Of a stretch of 64,000 bases of DNA, positions 25,333 to 36,102 are shown one piece after another. Position 1 is the stretch's first letter; each line of letters starts with the position of its first letter. The stretch is taken from contig FR893375.1 in the NCBI GenBank assembly GCA_000433315.1, positions 10,718 to 74,717 on the forward strand, in the 5' to 3' direction. The notes under the pieces are model-generated. The model did not search any database. It worked only from the letters and a program-made list of their open reading frames with translations, and was not told the origin of the DNA. The position numbers and the translations under genes are program-made. Origin of the DNA: Firmicutes bacterium CAG:345 (lineage in GTDB: Bacteria > Bacillota_I > Bacilli_A > RFN20 > CAG-288).

Positions 25333-27351
25333 TTGAAAGACAAAATACTAGCATTTTTTAAAGAAAAACAAAATGTACTTTGGCAAACATGTATTATTCT
25401 TTGCAGTTTTTATGTTGCCTTTAGTAATGATTCTTTTTCACTTAATCCATACTTTTTAATTCTTCTTTTATTATTGACTAAAAATGGTAATATCATTTTT
25501 ATAATATTTTCAATTAGCGCATTGATTCTCGGATCTTTTTTAAAATCAATAAATTATGGCATAGAACTGAGTCTTGCATGTTTTCTTTATTTAGTACTTT
25601 TATTCTTTCCAAGATATAAAAAATCTTATAGACAGCTATATATAACAAATACACTTTATTTCTTAGCATTCATATCTATATACTTGCTTAAGAAAAGTCC
25701 AACAAGTATTTTAATCAATTTTGGAATATCATATTTAATAGTTCAATTTTTTACTTTTTATTTAAATCAAAATGAAAAGAATAATCTATTTTATGGGACT
25801 TATATTTTTTTGCTGATAGGAATGTTTAAACAAAACTATTTAATTTTTAAAATATTATTCTATTTAGTAATTCTTTTAAATTTGAAAAACGAAAATTTAT
25901 CTGAACGTTTTAGTCTAATTTTCATAGAAAGTTTAATTTCATATTCATTTTATTTAGAATCTCAAGAAGAAATTCTCTCAATTATAATTTCATCGTTCTT
26001 TGCTTCGCTCATATTAAAACAAAAATTTAGAATTCCAATATTTGTAATTCTATATTCTATTCTTTTCAGTATTAAATATCCTGCAACTTTTTATAAAACT
26101 ACCAGCTTGTATCTTCCAATTATTTCTTTATGTATATACTATTTAATAGTAAAAAAAGAAGATATCATTGTAGTTCATTCTTCCGAAACTTCTCTTCTAG
26201 CAAAAATCAAAAATATCTCAGATTACCTCATGTTAATAGAAGAAAAACTACCAATACCTAATATTGAAATTCCAAATATAAAAGAAAATTTGAAATTAAA
26301 CCAATGCAAAAATTGTTCAAAAGCTCAAAATTGTACAAATGTTGCAAACTTATCTGAAGTTCTTCCATCATCCTTACAAAAAAATTTTAAAAAAGAAATT
26401 TTAACCTCCTGTCCAAATGGAAGTAAACTTATTTATCGTTATAAAGTTGTTAAAGACATGGTGAATCTTGAAATGAAAAATTCAATGATTGAAGAAGGAA
26501 AGCAAAGTGCAATTAAGACAATAATCAAACCATTAAAAGAACTTTGTGATCCAAAATTAATAACAATTGACAGCAATTATTTCAATAATATCTTCGGCGA
26601 TAATGTGATTACTTATTTTGCTGATAATTATTTAAAATCCACAAAAAAACTTACACCGCAACAAATAAATATAATAGAAAAAGCAGCAAATAAAACTATA
26701 AGTAAAGATACCTATTATTCCCTTTTATTTCAATCATATACATATAAATTTATTCCAAATAAAATTCATTTTACTTTTGATTATGCAACTAAAAGTTTTT
26801 CTAGACAAAATGGAGATAGTATAATTTTATTTCAAGACGAATCATATTTTGAATTTGCTCTTTTTGATGCCATGGGGCATTTTGAATCATCAGGAAAATA
26901 CTCATTATTCGCAAAAAGGCTTTTTGAAATAACAAGACATAAAGGCAATGATTTTTTCGAAAGAATAAAAGAATTAAACAAAATATTAATTTGTCAATCA
27001 ACAGTTGAAAATTATATCGCAGCAGATTTTTTTATCAAAGATCAAAATTCAAATAAATATTTATTATATAAATTTGGTTCAGCAAAAACTATTCTAAAAC
27101 ACAATCATAAAACAATAGAATTTACTAATTTTTTACCGCCACTTGGAATAATAAAAGATTTAAAAAACGAACCTTTTATTATCGAATTAGAGGATAAAGA
27201 TACTATTATATTTTCAACCGATGGAATTGAAAGTATAGAAAAAATAGACTTCAATAATAATCAAAGTTCTCTTCAAATATTAAATGATTATCTAAGTAAG
27301 CATCAATTAACTGATGATTCAACAATTTGCCAACTTATCTATAAAGCTTAA
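25333..27351 (+). CDS. spoIIE: Stage II sporulation protein E (SpoIIE)-like: polytopic membrane domain plus a C-terminal PP2C phosphatase domain.
   Basis: About 10 N-terminal TM helices. C-terminal FALFDAMGHFESSG and IIFSTDGIES match PP2C motifs. Located between divIC and tilS, as spoIIE is in Bacillus. Confidence 0.65.
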   Translation: MKDKILAFFKEKQNVLWQTCIILCSFYVAFSNDSFSLNPYFLILLLLLTKNGNIIFIIFSISALILGSFLKSINYGIELSLACFLYLVLLFFPRYKKSYRQLYITNTLYFLAFISIYLLKKSPTSILINFGISYLIVQFFTFYLNQNEKNNLFYGTYIFLLIGMFKQNYLIFKILFYLVILLNLKNENLSERFSLIFIESLISYSFYLESQEEILSIIISSFFASLILKQKFRIPIFVILYSILFSIKYPATFYKTTSLYLPIISLCIYYLIVKKEDIIVVHSSETSLLAKIKNISDYLMLIEEKLPIPNIEIPNIKENLKLNQCKNCSKAQNCTNVANLSEVLPSSLQKNFKKEILTSCPNGSKLIYRYKVVKDMVNLEMKNSMIEEGKQSAIKTIIKPLKELCDPKLITIDSNYFNNIFGDNVITYFADNYLKSTKKLTPQQINIIEKAANKTISKDTYYSLLFQSYTYKFIPNKIHFTFDYATKSFSRQNGDSIILFQDESYFEFALFDAMGHFESSGKYSLFAKRLFEITRHKGNDFFERIKELNKILICQSTVENYIAADFFIKDQNSNKYLLYKFGSAKTILKHNHKTIEFTNFLPPLGIIKDLKNEPFIIELEDKDTIIFSTDGIESIEKIDFNNNQSSLQILNDYLSKHQLTDDSTICQLIYKA

Positions 27352-27391
27352 TATTTCAGTTATTTAACTAAAAAAATGTTAAAATATAAAT

Positions 27392-28654
27392 ATGAAATTT
27401 AGTCGTTTACAAAAATCATTATCAAATCAAAATATTACTGCTGAAAATGAAATTCCTGTAGCTTTTTCTGGCGGTCCTGACTCTATTTTTTTAACAGAAG
27501 GATTAATCAAATTAGGGTATAAACCATTGCTTATATATATCAATTACCATGATTCTCCAACTGTATATATAGAAGAAAAAATAGTAAAGCAATACTCTCA
27601 AATAAATAAATTAAAACTCATAGAACATGAAGTTAATATACCTGATAATGTTAATTTTGAAGATGAAGCAAGAAAAATAAGATATAAATTTTTTAGTGAT
27701 GTAATTAAAATTCACCCTAACAAATTCATCTTAACAGCTCATCACAAAAACGACGATATTGAAACTATGATTTTACAGATAAATCGCAATAACATCGTAG
27801 ATTATTATGGACTTAAAGAAAAAAATGATATATTTGGAGTTACTGTAATAAGACCTATTTTAAATTACACAAAATTAGAAATAATCGAATATTTAACCAA
27901 AAATAACATTTCTTTTTATGATGATCCAACAAATTATGAACAAGAAAGACAAAGAAATATTCTTAGAGCAAATCTAAAAAATATCGATTATAATCATTAT
28001 AAGAATTTAAAAATTTCTTTAAATCAAAAAGTTAAAGAAGAAAAAAATAAAATCAAAAATATCGCAAATGGCAAATATATTTCCAAGAAAATATATAGCA
28101 CTCTTAATGATAATGAAAAAAAGCGTTTATTAAACTTTCTATTAAACTATAACTTAGGATATTCAAATAGCAATTTAATAAACATCTGTCTAATGAGATT
28201 AAAAAGTAATAAATCATTTGAAGAAAATTTAAAAAATAACATATCTTTATTTCAAGATAAAAATAATTTCTTTTTTGGAACCACAACAGATAAAAGAAAT
28301 TATTCCTACATAATTGAAAAAGAAGGCTATTATAAATTTAAAGAATTTGATATAGAAATAAAGCTTGGAAATTTCAACATCAAGGATTTTCCTATTTTTA
28401 TTGAAACTCCCAAACAAAAAGATATTATTGAAACTAATATAAAGCAAAATAATGTAATAAAATTTTTAAAACATCATAATGTTCCTAATTTTTTAATCAA
28501 TATTTTTCCAATAATAAAAAACAAAGATAAAAAAATAATTTATGTTCCTTTTTATGAAGATATCATTGAAAATAAAATAAAAATAAACTTGAAATTAATT
28601 ACATTAAAGGAGCACAAAGACGGAAAAGATGTTCTTGTATTTTATCCTTTTTAG
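27392..28654 (+). CDS. tilS: tRNA(Ile)-lysidine synthetase.
   Basis: PP-loop AFSGGPDSIFL, TAHHKNDDIET motif. Its 3' end overlaps the convergent cls gene by 56 bp. Confidence 0.8.
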   Translation: MKFSRLQKSLSNQNITAENEIPVAFSGGPDSIFLTEGLIKLGYKPLLIYINYHDSPTVYIEEKIVKQYSQINKLKLIEHEVNIPDNVNFEDEARKIRYKFFSDVIKIHPNKFILTAHHKNDDIETMILQINRNNIVDYYGLKEKNDIFGVTVIRPILNYTKLEIIEYLTKNNISFYDDPTNYEQERQRNILRANLKNIDYNHYKNLKISLNQKVKEEKNKIKNIANGKYISKKIYSTLNDNEKKRLLNFLLNYNLGYSNSNLINICLMRLKSNKSFEENLKNNISLFQDKNNFFFGTTTDKRNYSYIIEKEGYYKFKEFDIEIKLGNFNIKDFPIFIETPKQKDIIETNIKQNNVIKFLKHHNVPNFLINIFPIIKNKDKKIIYVPFYEDIIENKIKINLKLITLKEHKDGKDVLVFYPF

Positions 28655-30074
28655 GTCTATTTTTATATTCTAAATATGTAAGCTTATGCGATTTTGAAAT
28701 ATCATTAACTGCAATTTGAATAGTTTCTATTACTTCTTTTTTTCCAAACATTAAAGCTGTTACTTCAAAATTCATAGAAAATGAACGAACATCTAAATTT
28801 GCTGTTCCAATTGAAGCTACTCTGTCATCACAAACAACCATTTTAGAATGAATAAAACCAGGATATAAATAAACATTAATGCCTGCTTTTAATAATTCTT
28901 CCAAATAAGAATATGTAACATGATAAACAGTCTTTTTATCCGGAACACCAGGAATAACTAAATTGATATCAACTCCGCTTAATTTTGCAATAAGCAAGGC
29001 ATCAATAAAACTTTTATCAGGAATAAAATATGGTGTTTCTAAATAAATTGTATGATGAGCAATGCCTATCATTTTTAAATAACTTCTTTTAATTTCTTCT
29101 TTATCACTATCAGGACCAGAAGAAACAATTTGTATAGGATTAACATGTTCTGTTTTTTCCTTAATATTTTTTTCAAAATATTTTACCGCTTTAAAAATCT
29201 CACTTGAAGACATCTTATTTTTCTTCGAAATTTTATTATGATCAGAATAAGAAAAATCTTGTAAAAATCTAACTTGTAATAAAGAAACAGCTTCTCCAAC
29301 AATTCTAAGATGTGTATCTCTCCATGGCTTTATTTTCTTATCTTGAGACAGATAATCAACGCCTATATTCATTCCTCCAACATATCCTATTTTATTATCT
29401 ATAACAACAATTTTGCGATGATTACGATAGGCAAAATTATGATTAATCAAAGTAAAATGCGATGAGAAAAATGGTCTTACAATTCCACCAGCTTTAATAA
29501 ATTTTCTCAAAAAACTATAAGTGGTTTTAGGATTTCCTGAATCATCGAAAACTAAAATTACTTTTAGACCTTCTTTTGCTTTTTCAGTCATAGCATCTAA
29601 AAATCTTCTTCCTGCATCATCTTTTTTAAATAAATAATATAAAACAAAAACAGTCTCTTTAGCTTCTTTAATATCTTTTATTTGATCTTCATACATTTCA
29701 TGAGCATCAGTATAAATCTTTGTTTCATTATAAGTAGTACATTGCAAATATTCATTTGAATTTAATTTGATTAATTCTCTAATTTCTCTATCATCGCTCT
29801 CATAAAATTTTAAATTTCCATATGCAAATTCATGAGCAATCATATTATCAGCTATTTTTTTTCGTCTAGACCATCTTTTTCTATTAATTTTTGGTCCTTT
29901 TCCTACGAAGAAATAAATAATCCATGACAGTATTGGAAAAGCTAAAAATGCAAAAATCCATGGCAAAATAGATTTTGGGTCTTTTCTTTCCAAGAAGACT
30001 AAAAACAAAATCATGAAAAAATTAATTATAAATACAATCAATATAGTTAAATAAATAATTTCAGCAGTAGTCAT
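28599..30074 (-). CDS. cls: Cardiolipin synthase.
   Basis: Two N-terminal TMs. Two HKD motifs: HRKIVVIDNKIGYVGGMNIGVDY and HSKMVVCDDRVASIGTANLDVRS. Confidence 0.9.
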   Translation of the reverse strand: MTTAEIIYLTILIVFIINFFMILFLVFLERKDPKSILPWIFAFLAFPILSWIIYFFVGKGPKINRKRWSRRKKIADNMIAHEFAYGNLKFYESDDREIRELIKLNSNEYLQCTTYNETKIYTDAHEMYEDQIKDIKEAKETVFVLYYLFKKDDAGRRFLDAMTEKAKEGLKVILVFDDSGNPKTTYSFLRKFIKAGGIVRPFFSSHFTLINHNFAYRNHRKIVVIDNKIGYVGGMNIGVDYLSQDKKIKPWRDTHLRIVGEAVSLLQVRFLQDFSYSDHNKISKKNKMSSSEIFKAVKYFEKNIKEKTEHVNPIQIVSSGPDSDKEEIKRSYLKMIGIAHHTIYLETPYFIPDKSFIDALLIAKLSGVDINLVIPGVPDKKTVYHVTYSYLEELLKAGINVYLYPGFIHSKMVVCDDRVASIGTANLDVRSFSMNFEVTALMFGKKEVIETIQIAVNDISKSHKLTYLEYKNRPKKDKIQEHLFRLCAPLM

Positions 30075-30079
30075 AGCTT

Positions 30080-30880
30080 TTATCTCCCCTTTCTAAACTC
30101 AATATCTTCTATAATAGGTAAATCTAATTCATGTACAAAACGTACTGCTAAACTATTAGCATGATCATCATTTAACTGATAAGGAGCATGTGCATCTAAT
30201 CCTAGAGTGAATTGTGCTCCCATTTTCTTCGCAAGTTTAAAAAATTCTTTATTAGGATAAATATATCGATCTATTTCTCCTATTCTTCTTTTTCCATTTC
30301 TTAAACCTGCAACATTAACTTCTAAAGGTATTCCCAAAGAAATTGATTTTTCAATTAAACATTTCGAAACTTTAATAACATCTCTATCAATAACAGGGAC
30401 AGCAGCCATAAAATAATCCGGATGTGCAAATATTGAAAACATATTAGTATTTAGTGCAGCAATAGCAGTATCTTTATAAGCATACATATTTGATGCTGTC
30501 GGCTGTCCAAACCTTGCAATGATCTGATGGTGATCATCCATCATACTATGGTTTCCTAAAATTAAATAATCAATGATTCCAGCTTGGAGAATTTCTTTAT
30601 AATATGGAAAATAATAAGAAAAACCTTCTGCCTCATATCCTAAAAATATTTCTATTCTATCTTTATATATTTTTTTTAACTTATTTATAGAATCATAATA
30701 GTCTTGAGACATAATATATTCCCCACGAACATTAGGCTCAGAAAAGCTCGGCAACATAACATGGTCAGAGAATCCTAAAGTATCAAATCCTCCAGCAATA
30801 GCTTCATGAACATATTCTTCATCTGTACCTATAGCATGATTGCAGCGAAATGTATGAGTATGATAATTTTTCTTAAACAT
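30080..30880 (-). CDS. PHP-domain phosphoesterase (HisJ-type histidinol-phosphatase family).
   Basis: MFKKNYHTHTFRCNHA..., GFSDH, HPD, LDAHAP metal-binding motifs. Start at the second ATG with RBS gagagg. Confidence 0.75.
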   Translation of the reverse strand: MFKKNYHTHTFRCNHAIGTDEEYVHEAIAGGFDTLGFSDHVMLPSFSEPNVRGEYIMSQDYYDSINKLKKIYKDRIEIFLGYEAEGFSYYFPYYKEILQAGIIDYLILGNHSMMDDHHQIIARFGQPTASNMYAYKDTAIAALNTNMFSIFAHPDYFMAAVPVIDRDVIKVSKCLIEKSISLGIPLEVNVAGLRNGKRRIGEIDRYIYPNKEFFKLAKKMGAQFTLGLDAHAPYQLNDDHANSLAVRFVHELDLPIIEDIEFRKGR

Positions 30881-31634
30881 TTTTCGACCTCTCATAATCG
30901 AAATCTATATATTCTAAGTATAAACCTTCTGCTGGTGCTTTAGTCCTCTTTCCAAATAAAATCCCCCTATTAAGCCTATCTTCAATATCTTTTAAACTAC
31001 AACGACCAAAAGAATATTCTAAAGCAATACCAACCATATAGCGTACTTGGTAACGCAAAAAACTTTTTCCAATAAAGCGAATATGTATTTCATCATCAAC
31101 TTTTTTTGCATATGCATTATTAATCGTTAGTATAGTATTTTCCTTTTCTTCTATCGAAGAAGCAAATCCTTTAAAGTCATGTTCTCCTATAAATAACTTT
31201 AAAGCAGTATTCAATTTCTCAAAATCTACTTCAAAAAAAGGATGATATGTTAAATCAAACCTGAAAGGATCAACACTATCTCCAATATGAACTCTATATA
31301 AATAAGTTTTGCTTTTAGAGTCATAGCGAGCAGAAAAATCTTCTCCAACTTCTTTAATATCTATAACTTGAATATATAATGGAAATAATCTATTTAAAGC
31401 ATATTTCAACTTATCCATCTTCATTTTTTCTTTCGACGTTTTAAAATTTCCACCCATAAAAATGGCATGAACACCTCTATCTAAACGTGAAGAAAGACAG
31501 AATTTTATTTTTTCATCATAAATTCTAGAAAGTGTATCTTCAAACAAATTCTGAACCGTATTTAAACCCGGTTGCTTTTGAGAACCATAGAAATTTGTTC
31601 CTTTATAAGAAAAAATAATCAAATAATTTTTCAT
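30873..31634 (-). CDS. truA: tRNA pseudouridine(38-40) synthase TruA.
   Basis: YKGTNFYGSQKQ, RLDRGVHA (catalytic Asp), typical length. Confidence 0.9.
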   Translation of the reverse strand: MKNYLIIFSYKGTNFYGSQKQPGLNTVQNLFEDTLSRIYDEKIKFCLSSRLDRGVHAIFMGGNFKTSKEKMKMDKLKYALNRLFPLYIQVIDIKEVGEDFSARYDSKSKTYLYRVHIGDSVDPFRFDLTYHPFFEVDFEKLNTALKLFIGEHDFKGFASSIEEKENTILTINNAYAKKVDDEIHIRFIGKSFLRYQVRYMVGIALEYSFGRCSLKDIEDRLNRGILFGKRTKAPAEGLYLEYIDFDYERSKNV

Positions 31635-32491
31635 TTAAATAACTCTAAAAACATTTGAAATAAATCATAATTCATTCCAAAGCAAGCTAAAGTAATAGAA
31701 CCAGCAAATACTATCATCATTGCGATTAAAAATATGGTATCAGCTACTGACCAATGCATTACTTTATAATGTGTTCTTTTAGCTTTAGGATCATATCCAC
31801 GACATTCCATTGCAATGGCTAAATCACCACTTCTCATCAATGAAGATGAAAATAAAGGAATAATAAGTGAAGTGATAGCTTTTATTTTTTCTTTAAATTT
31901 TCCTTCTTTAAAATCAACTCCACGTGAAGCTTGAGCTTTCATCAATCTTTGAGTATCTTCCATCAATGTAGGAATAAATCTTAAAGCCAAAGCTAAAATC
32001 ATAGCAAAAGCCGTAACAGGAATTTTAATCCATTTTAAAGGGGTCATTAAAAATTCAAGTCCAAAAGTAATCTCCATCGGTGCCGTTGTTGTAGTCAAAA
32101 TTGAAGTTGTCATAATCATTAAAAACAAACGTACAAAAATATAAGCTGTATTATATAAAGCCGCATAATACAATTTAAAGCCATTTATATCAAAATATCC
32201 ACCAGTTTGATTCATCGGCGTAAAAATGTTAAAAATTAAAATAAATACCGCCATTAACCACATAGCTTTAAAAGCTTTTAAAACACCACGGATAGATACT
32301 TTTCCTAAAAGCATAACTATGAATAAACCTAAAAACAAAAAGCCATAAACTATAAAATTTAAAGGAGTTGATCCATAGTTTAAAAATATTGCAACAATTA
32401 CTGAAATCATTCCAATAATTTTTACTCTAGCATCAAGTTTATGAATTGAAGTTTGATAAGGACGATAACGTCCTAAAGCCATATTATTCAT
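31631..32491 (-). CDS. ecfT: ECF transporter transmembrane T component.
   Basis: CbiQ-family TM protein with the conserved ALALRFIPTLMED..AQASRG motif. Follows ecfA1/ecfA2. Confidence 0.85.
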   Translation of the reverse strand: MNNMALGRYRPYQTSIHKLDARVKIIGMISVIVAIFLNYGSTPLNFIVYGFLFLGLFIVMLLGKVSIRGVLKAFKAMWLMAVFILIFNIFTPMNQTGGYFDINGFKLYYAALYNTAYIFVRLFLMIMTTSILTTTTAPMEITFGLEFLMTPLKWIKIPVTAFAMILALALRFIPTLMEDTQRLMKAQASRGVDFKEGKFKEKIKAITSLIIPLFSSSLMRSGDLAIAMECRGYDPKAKRTHYKVMHWSVADTIFLIAMMIVFAGSITLACFGMNYDLFQMFLELFK

Positions 32492-33362
32492 TTTTTCCCT
32501 CCACTCTAGCTATTTCTTTAGCAAGTGAAGAAACATCTTTAATTTTTCCTAAATCAATATTCAAACCATTTTTTATTAAGCTTCGAGCAACCGAAAAGAC
32601 TTTAGGTGGTTCTATCTTTAAATTAGTAAGAACATCTTCCTTTTGAAATAATTCTAAAGGCGTGGAAACACTTTTTAATTCACCATGATCCATAACACCA
32701 ACTTTGGTAGCATATCTAAGTACAATGTCCATATTATGAGTTACCAAAACAATACTTGTACCAGAATCATAAATTTTTTTGAAAAGCTGCATAATGTCAT
32801 CTTCACCTTTAGGATCAAGACCAGCAGTAGGTTCATCCAAGACTAAAATTTTTGGTTTTAAAGCAATTATTCCAGCAATAGCAGCTCTTCTTTTTTCACC
32901 GCCAGAAAGTTCGAAAGGAGCTCTTTCATAATAGCTCTCATCTAATCCTACTAAATTTAAAGCTTCCATCGCTATTTTTTTAGCTTCTTCTTCCTTTATG
33001 TCAAAATTTTTAGGACCAAACATTACATCTTTTAATACAGTTGATTCAAAAAGTTGATATTCTGGAAACTGAAAAACCATACCACAATACGAACGTAATT
33101 TTTTTATTCCTTTTTTCTTTTTCTTTTGAAGCTTGGCATCATTTCCATCTATAAAGAAATCATCGATTTTAATCGTTCCCTTATTAGGCCAAAGTAACCC
33201 ATTCAAATGTTGTGCTAAAGTGGTTTTACCAGATCCAGTTTCTCCAATCAAAGCAAAAAATGAATGATCCTCTATTTCTAAATTAATATTTTTTAAGGCA
33301 TGCGCAACTAATGGATCACCAGAATTATAATCAAAATAAATACTTTTAAATTCTATCGACAT
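32484..33362 (-). CDS. ecfA2: ECF transporter ATPase EcfA2.
   Basis: GETGSGKTT, LSGGEKRRAAIA, LVLDEPTAGLD, VTHNMD. Confidence 0.85.
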   Translation of the reverse strand: MSIEFKSIYFDYNSGDPLVAHALKNINLEIEDHSFFALIGETGSGKTTLAQHLNGLLWPNKGTIKIDDFFIDGNDAKLQKKKKKGIKKLRSYCGMVFQFPEYQLFESTVLKDVMFGPKNFDIKEEEAKKIAMEALNLVGLDESYYERAPFELSGGEKRRAAIAGIIALKPKILVLDEPTAGLDPKGEDDIMQLFKKIYDSGTSIVLVTHNMDIVLRYATKVGVMDHGELKSVSTPLELFQKEDVLTNLKIEPPKVFSVARSLIKNGLNIDLGKIKDVSSLAKEIARVEGKNE

Positions 33363-34207
33363 AATCTATCCACCAATTCATCTATATTATCGACACCATT
33401 AATATCGATACCATATTTTTCTAATTCGTTCTTTAATTGCTTATAAAAAGGAATAGTCAAATCTATTTTTTTCATAAGAACTTCATCACTAAAGACATCA
33501 TCAGGGGTTCCCTCTTTAACAACTTTTCCCTTATTTATCACTATAACGTGATCAGATTGATAAGCTTCTTCAATATCATGTGTAATAGAAATAATGGTTA
33601 AATCAGGATTTTCTTTTTTCATATTTCTTATCAAAGTACGAATATCATTTCTACCTTGAGGATCTAACATCGAAGTAGCTTCATCTAAAACTAAAATTTC
33701 AGGATGTCGCACTAAAGTTCCAGCAATAGCTACTCTTTGTTTTTGCCCACCAGAAAGTGAAGAAGGCTCACGTGATAAATATTCATACATTCCAACCTTC
33801 TTAGAATATTCTTCAACTAAAACTTTCATTTGATCATAAGGCATTGCAACATTTTCCAAACTAAAGGCAATATCATCCTGAACAGTTGAACCGATAAACT
33901 GGTTATCAGGATTCTGAAAAACCATACCTATCTTCTTTTGCAAACTTTGGTAATTATTTTCAGTCATTTTAATTCCATCAATATAAACACCATCGTTTTC
34001 ATTTCCATCAGTAAAAGCTTCAAGTATACCTACTATTATTTTTGCAATTGTACTTTTACCCGACCCATTATGACCAATAAGAGCCACATACTCACCCTTA
34101 TTTATAGTAAATGAAACATCATTGATTGTGCATTTGCTTGCTTCAACTACATCTTTATTTTGTTCATAGCTAAAATAAACATGACTAAATCTTATCGCTT
34201 CACTCAT
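33353..34207 (-). CDS. ecfA1: ECF transporter ATPase EcfA1.
   Basis: GHNGSGKST, LSGGQKQRVAIAG, LVLDEATSMLD, ITHD. Confidence 0.85.
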   Translation of the reverse strand: MSEAIRFSHVYFSYEQNKDVVEASKCTINDVSFTINKGEYVALIGHNGSGKSTIAKIIVGILEAFTDGNENDGVYIDGIKMTENNYQSLQKKIGMVFQNPDNQFIGSTVQDDIAFSLENVAMPYDQMKVLVEEYSKKVGMYEYLSREPSSLSGGQKQRVAIAGTLVRHPEILVLDEATSMLDPQGRNDIRTLIRNMKKENPDLTIISITHDIEEAYQSDHVIVINKGKVVKEGTPDDVFSDEVLMKKIDLTIPFYKQLKNELEKYGIDINGVDNIDELVDRLCR

Positions 34208-34578
34208 TTTTCACCTTTTCTATTTTTTCTTCGCAATTGCAATTTTTGCTTACGCTTGTCAACATATTCAGGATCAAGATATTTTTTATCAAAATAAGAT
34301 TTAAGACAAACATAAATAATAAAAGCTAATAAACTTGCTCCTAATAAACTTCCAAAAACAATAAGAACAATCATTCTAGTTTTTTCATCGCCATTAGAAA
34401 CACCATACATAATTCCAAGAATCATTGCATAGCAAAAAATAATTGCTAAGCTTCCATAAATAATTCTTTTGGTTGATTTTTTGCTAATATCTTTTTTTAA
34501 TCTTTCTATCTTTTCTTTTTCATTAAGAGTATTATTTTGTTCATTTATCAAATCAGACATTTTCTTTATCTCCAACAA
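34204..34578 (-). CDS. Hypothetical 2-TM membrane protein.
   Basis: ORF with two hydrophobic helices and a basic C-terminal tail. Translationally coupled to ecfA1. Confidence 0.4.
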   Translation of the reverse strand: MLEIKKMSDLINEQNNTLNEKEKIERLKKDISKKSTKRIIYGSLAIIFCYAMILGIMYGVSNGDEKTRMIVLIVFGSLLGASLLAFIIYVCLKSYFDKKYLDPEYVDKRKQKLQLRRKNRKGEK

Positions 34579-35047
34579 ATTCAGGAACTAAGATTTTTCC
34601 ATGATATTTAGTCAATTTTATTCCAGCCATATTAAGCATTTTTTTACTTGCGATAGTCGAGTTTGTATTTTCATATTTATCACTCAAATAAATAACTTCT
34701 TTAATTCCAGATTGAATAACCGCTTTAGCACATTCATTACAAGGAAACAAAGTAACATAAATTTTAGAATTCTTTAAATCATGATTAGAATTTAAAATAG
34801 CATTAAGCTCTGCATGGCATACATATGGATATTTTGTTTCAAGTTCTTTTCCTTCTCTTTCCCATGGAATTAAATTATCGTCAACACCAATTGGCATTCC
34901 ATTATATCCCAAAGAAAGTACCTTGTTATCTTGTGAAACAATGCAAGCTCCTACTTTCGTTGAAGGATCTTTGCTTCTTTTTGAACTCAATATTGCAATT
35001 CCCATAAAATATTCATCCCATGAAATATAATTCTTTTCTAAAACCAT
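34553..35047 (-). CDS. dCMP deaminase (ComEB-type cytidine/deoxycytidylate deaminase).
   Basis: CHAELNAI and PCNECAKAV zinc-binding motifs. WDEYFMGIA N-terminus typical of dCMP deaminase. Confidence 0.85.
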   Translation of the reverse strand: MVLEKNYISWDEYFMGIAILSSKRSKDPSTKVGACIVSQDNKVLSLGYNGMPIGVDDNLIPWEREGKELETKYPYVCHAELNAILNSNHDLKNSKIYVTLFPCNECAKAVIQSGIKEVIYLSDKYENTNSTIASKKMLNMAGIKLTKYHGKILVPEFVGDKENV

Positions 35048-35324
35048 ACTAAAGCCCCCACAAAATCTTTCTCTTTATTATATCTAGAATTTAAATTATC
35101 TTCAATTAATACATTTTAAAAATTCAATTGAAAATAGAAAAATTAGCAATAAATATAATAAGAAATAAATTTATTGAAACAATTTTACTCAATTTATAAA
35201 CATTGTTTTCTTAAAAAATCATAATTATTATTAATTAATTTATATTAGTTAAAATAAATTAAAGCAATCATTTTAAATCGATGTTTTTCTTCAGCGTTTT
35301 TATTATTTTACATTGCTGCACTAC

Positions 35325-35353
35325 TTGAAAGAAAAGAAAAAAAGCGGTAAAAT
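35325..35353 (+). promoter_or_regulatory. Sigma-A-type promoter for the yeeN-ung operon.
   Basis: TTGAAA, 17-nt spacer, TAAAAT, about 28 nt upstream of the RBS agagagg. Confidence 0.5.
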
Positions 35354-35381
35354 TAATAAGATATATAAAGAGAGGTAATAT

Positions 35382-36101
35382 ATGGGACGTGCACACGAAG
35401 TACGCGCTGCAAGTATGGCAGCCACAAACGCAAGAAAAAGTGCGTTATATATGAAAGCATCTAGCGAAATCTATCTTGCTGCAAAATCTGGTACTCCAGA
35501 CCCAAGAGAAAATTTAGCTCTTAGATCAGCTATTGAAAAATGGAAAGCTCAAGATGTCACAAGAGAAGTCATCGAAAGAGCTATTGCAAAAGCTAAAGGC
35601 GGTTCGGCTGATAGCTACGAAGCAGGAAGATACGAAGCATTTGGACCTGGCGGTACAGCAATTGTTATCAACACATTAACAGATAATAACAAAAGAGCCT
35701 TTGCAAATGTAAGAGCTGCTGTTACACATCATGGTGGAACTATTTCTGACAGAAGTGGTTCAGCTGCATTCCACTTTGAAGATGCCGGTGTTATTGAATT
35801 TGTTGGAAACGATGTTGATGCTTTAACAGAAACTTTAATATTAAATGAAGTTGACGTAAAAGAAGTTAAACAAGTTGAAGATAACGTTATCAAAGTTTTA
35901 GTTTCTCCAAAAGAATTAGCAAAAGCTAAAGATGTTTTAAATCAAAATGGCGTTGAAAAATTTGATGTAGCCGAAACTAAAATGATTCCAGTCGATGTCG
36001 TCGATCTCGATGGAGAAGAAAAGCAAAAATTAAAGAACTTACTCGATGCTCTTGATGAAGTCGAAGATGTTCAATCAGTTTTCCATAACGCAAATATCTA
36101 A
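35382..36101 (+). CDS. yeeN: YebC/PmpR-family transcriptional regulatory protein (YeeN subgroup).
   Basis: MGRAHEVRAAS...IYLAAKSGTPDPRENLALRSAIEKWKAQDV...GRYEAFGPGGTAIVINTLTDNNKR resembles the YeeN-type YebC family. Confidence 0.85.
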   Translation: MGRAHEVRAASMAATNARKSALYMKASSEIYLAAKSGTPDPRENLALRSAIEKWKAQDVTREVIERAIAKAKGGSADSYEAGRYEAFGPGGTAIVINTLTDNNKRAFANVRAAVTHHGGTISDRSGSAAFHFEDAGVIEFVGNDVDALTETLILNEVDVKEVKQVEDNVIKVLVSPKELAKAKDVLNQNGVEKFDVAETKMIPVDVVDLDGEEKQKLKNLLDALDEVEDVQSVFHNANI

Positions 36102-36102
36102 T

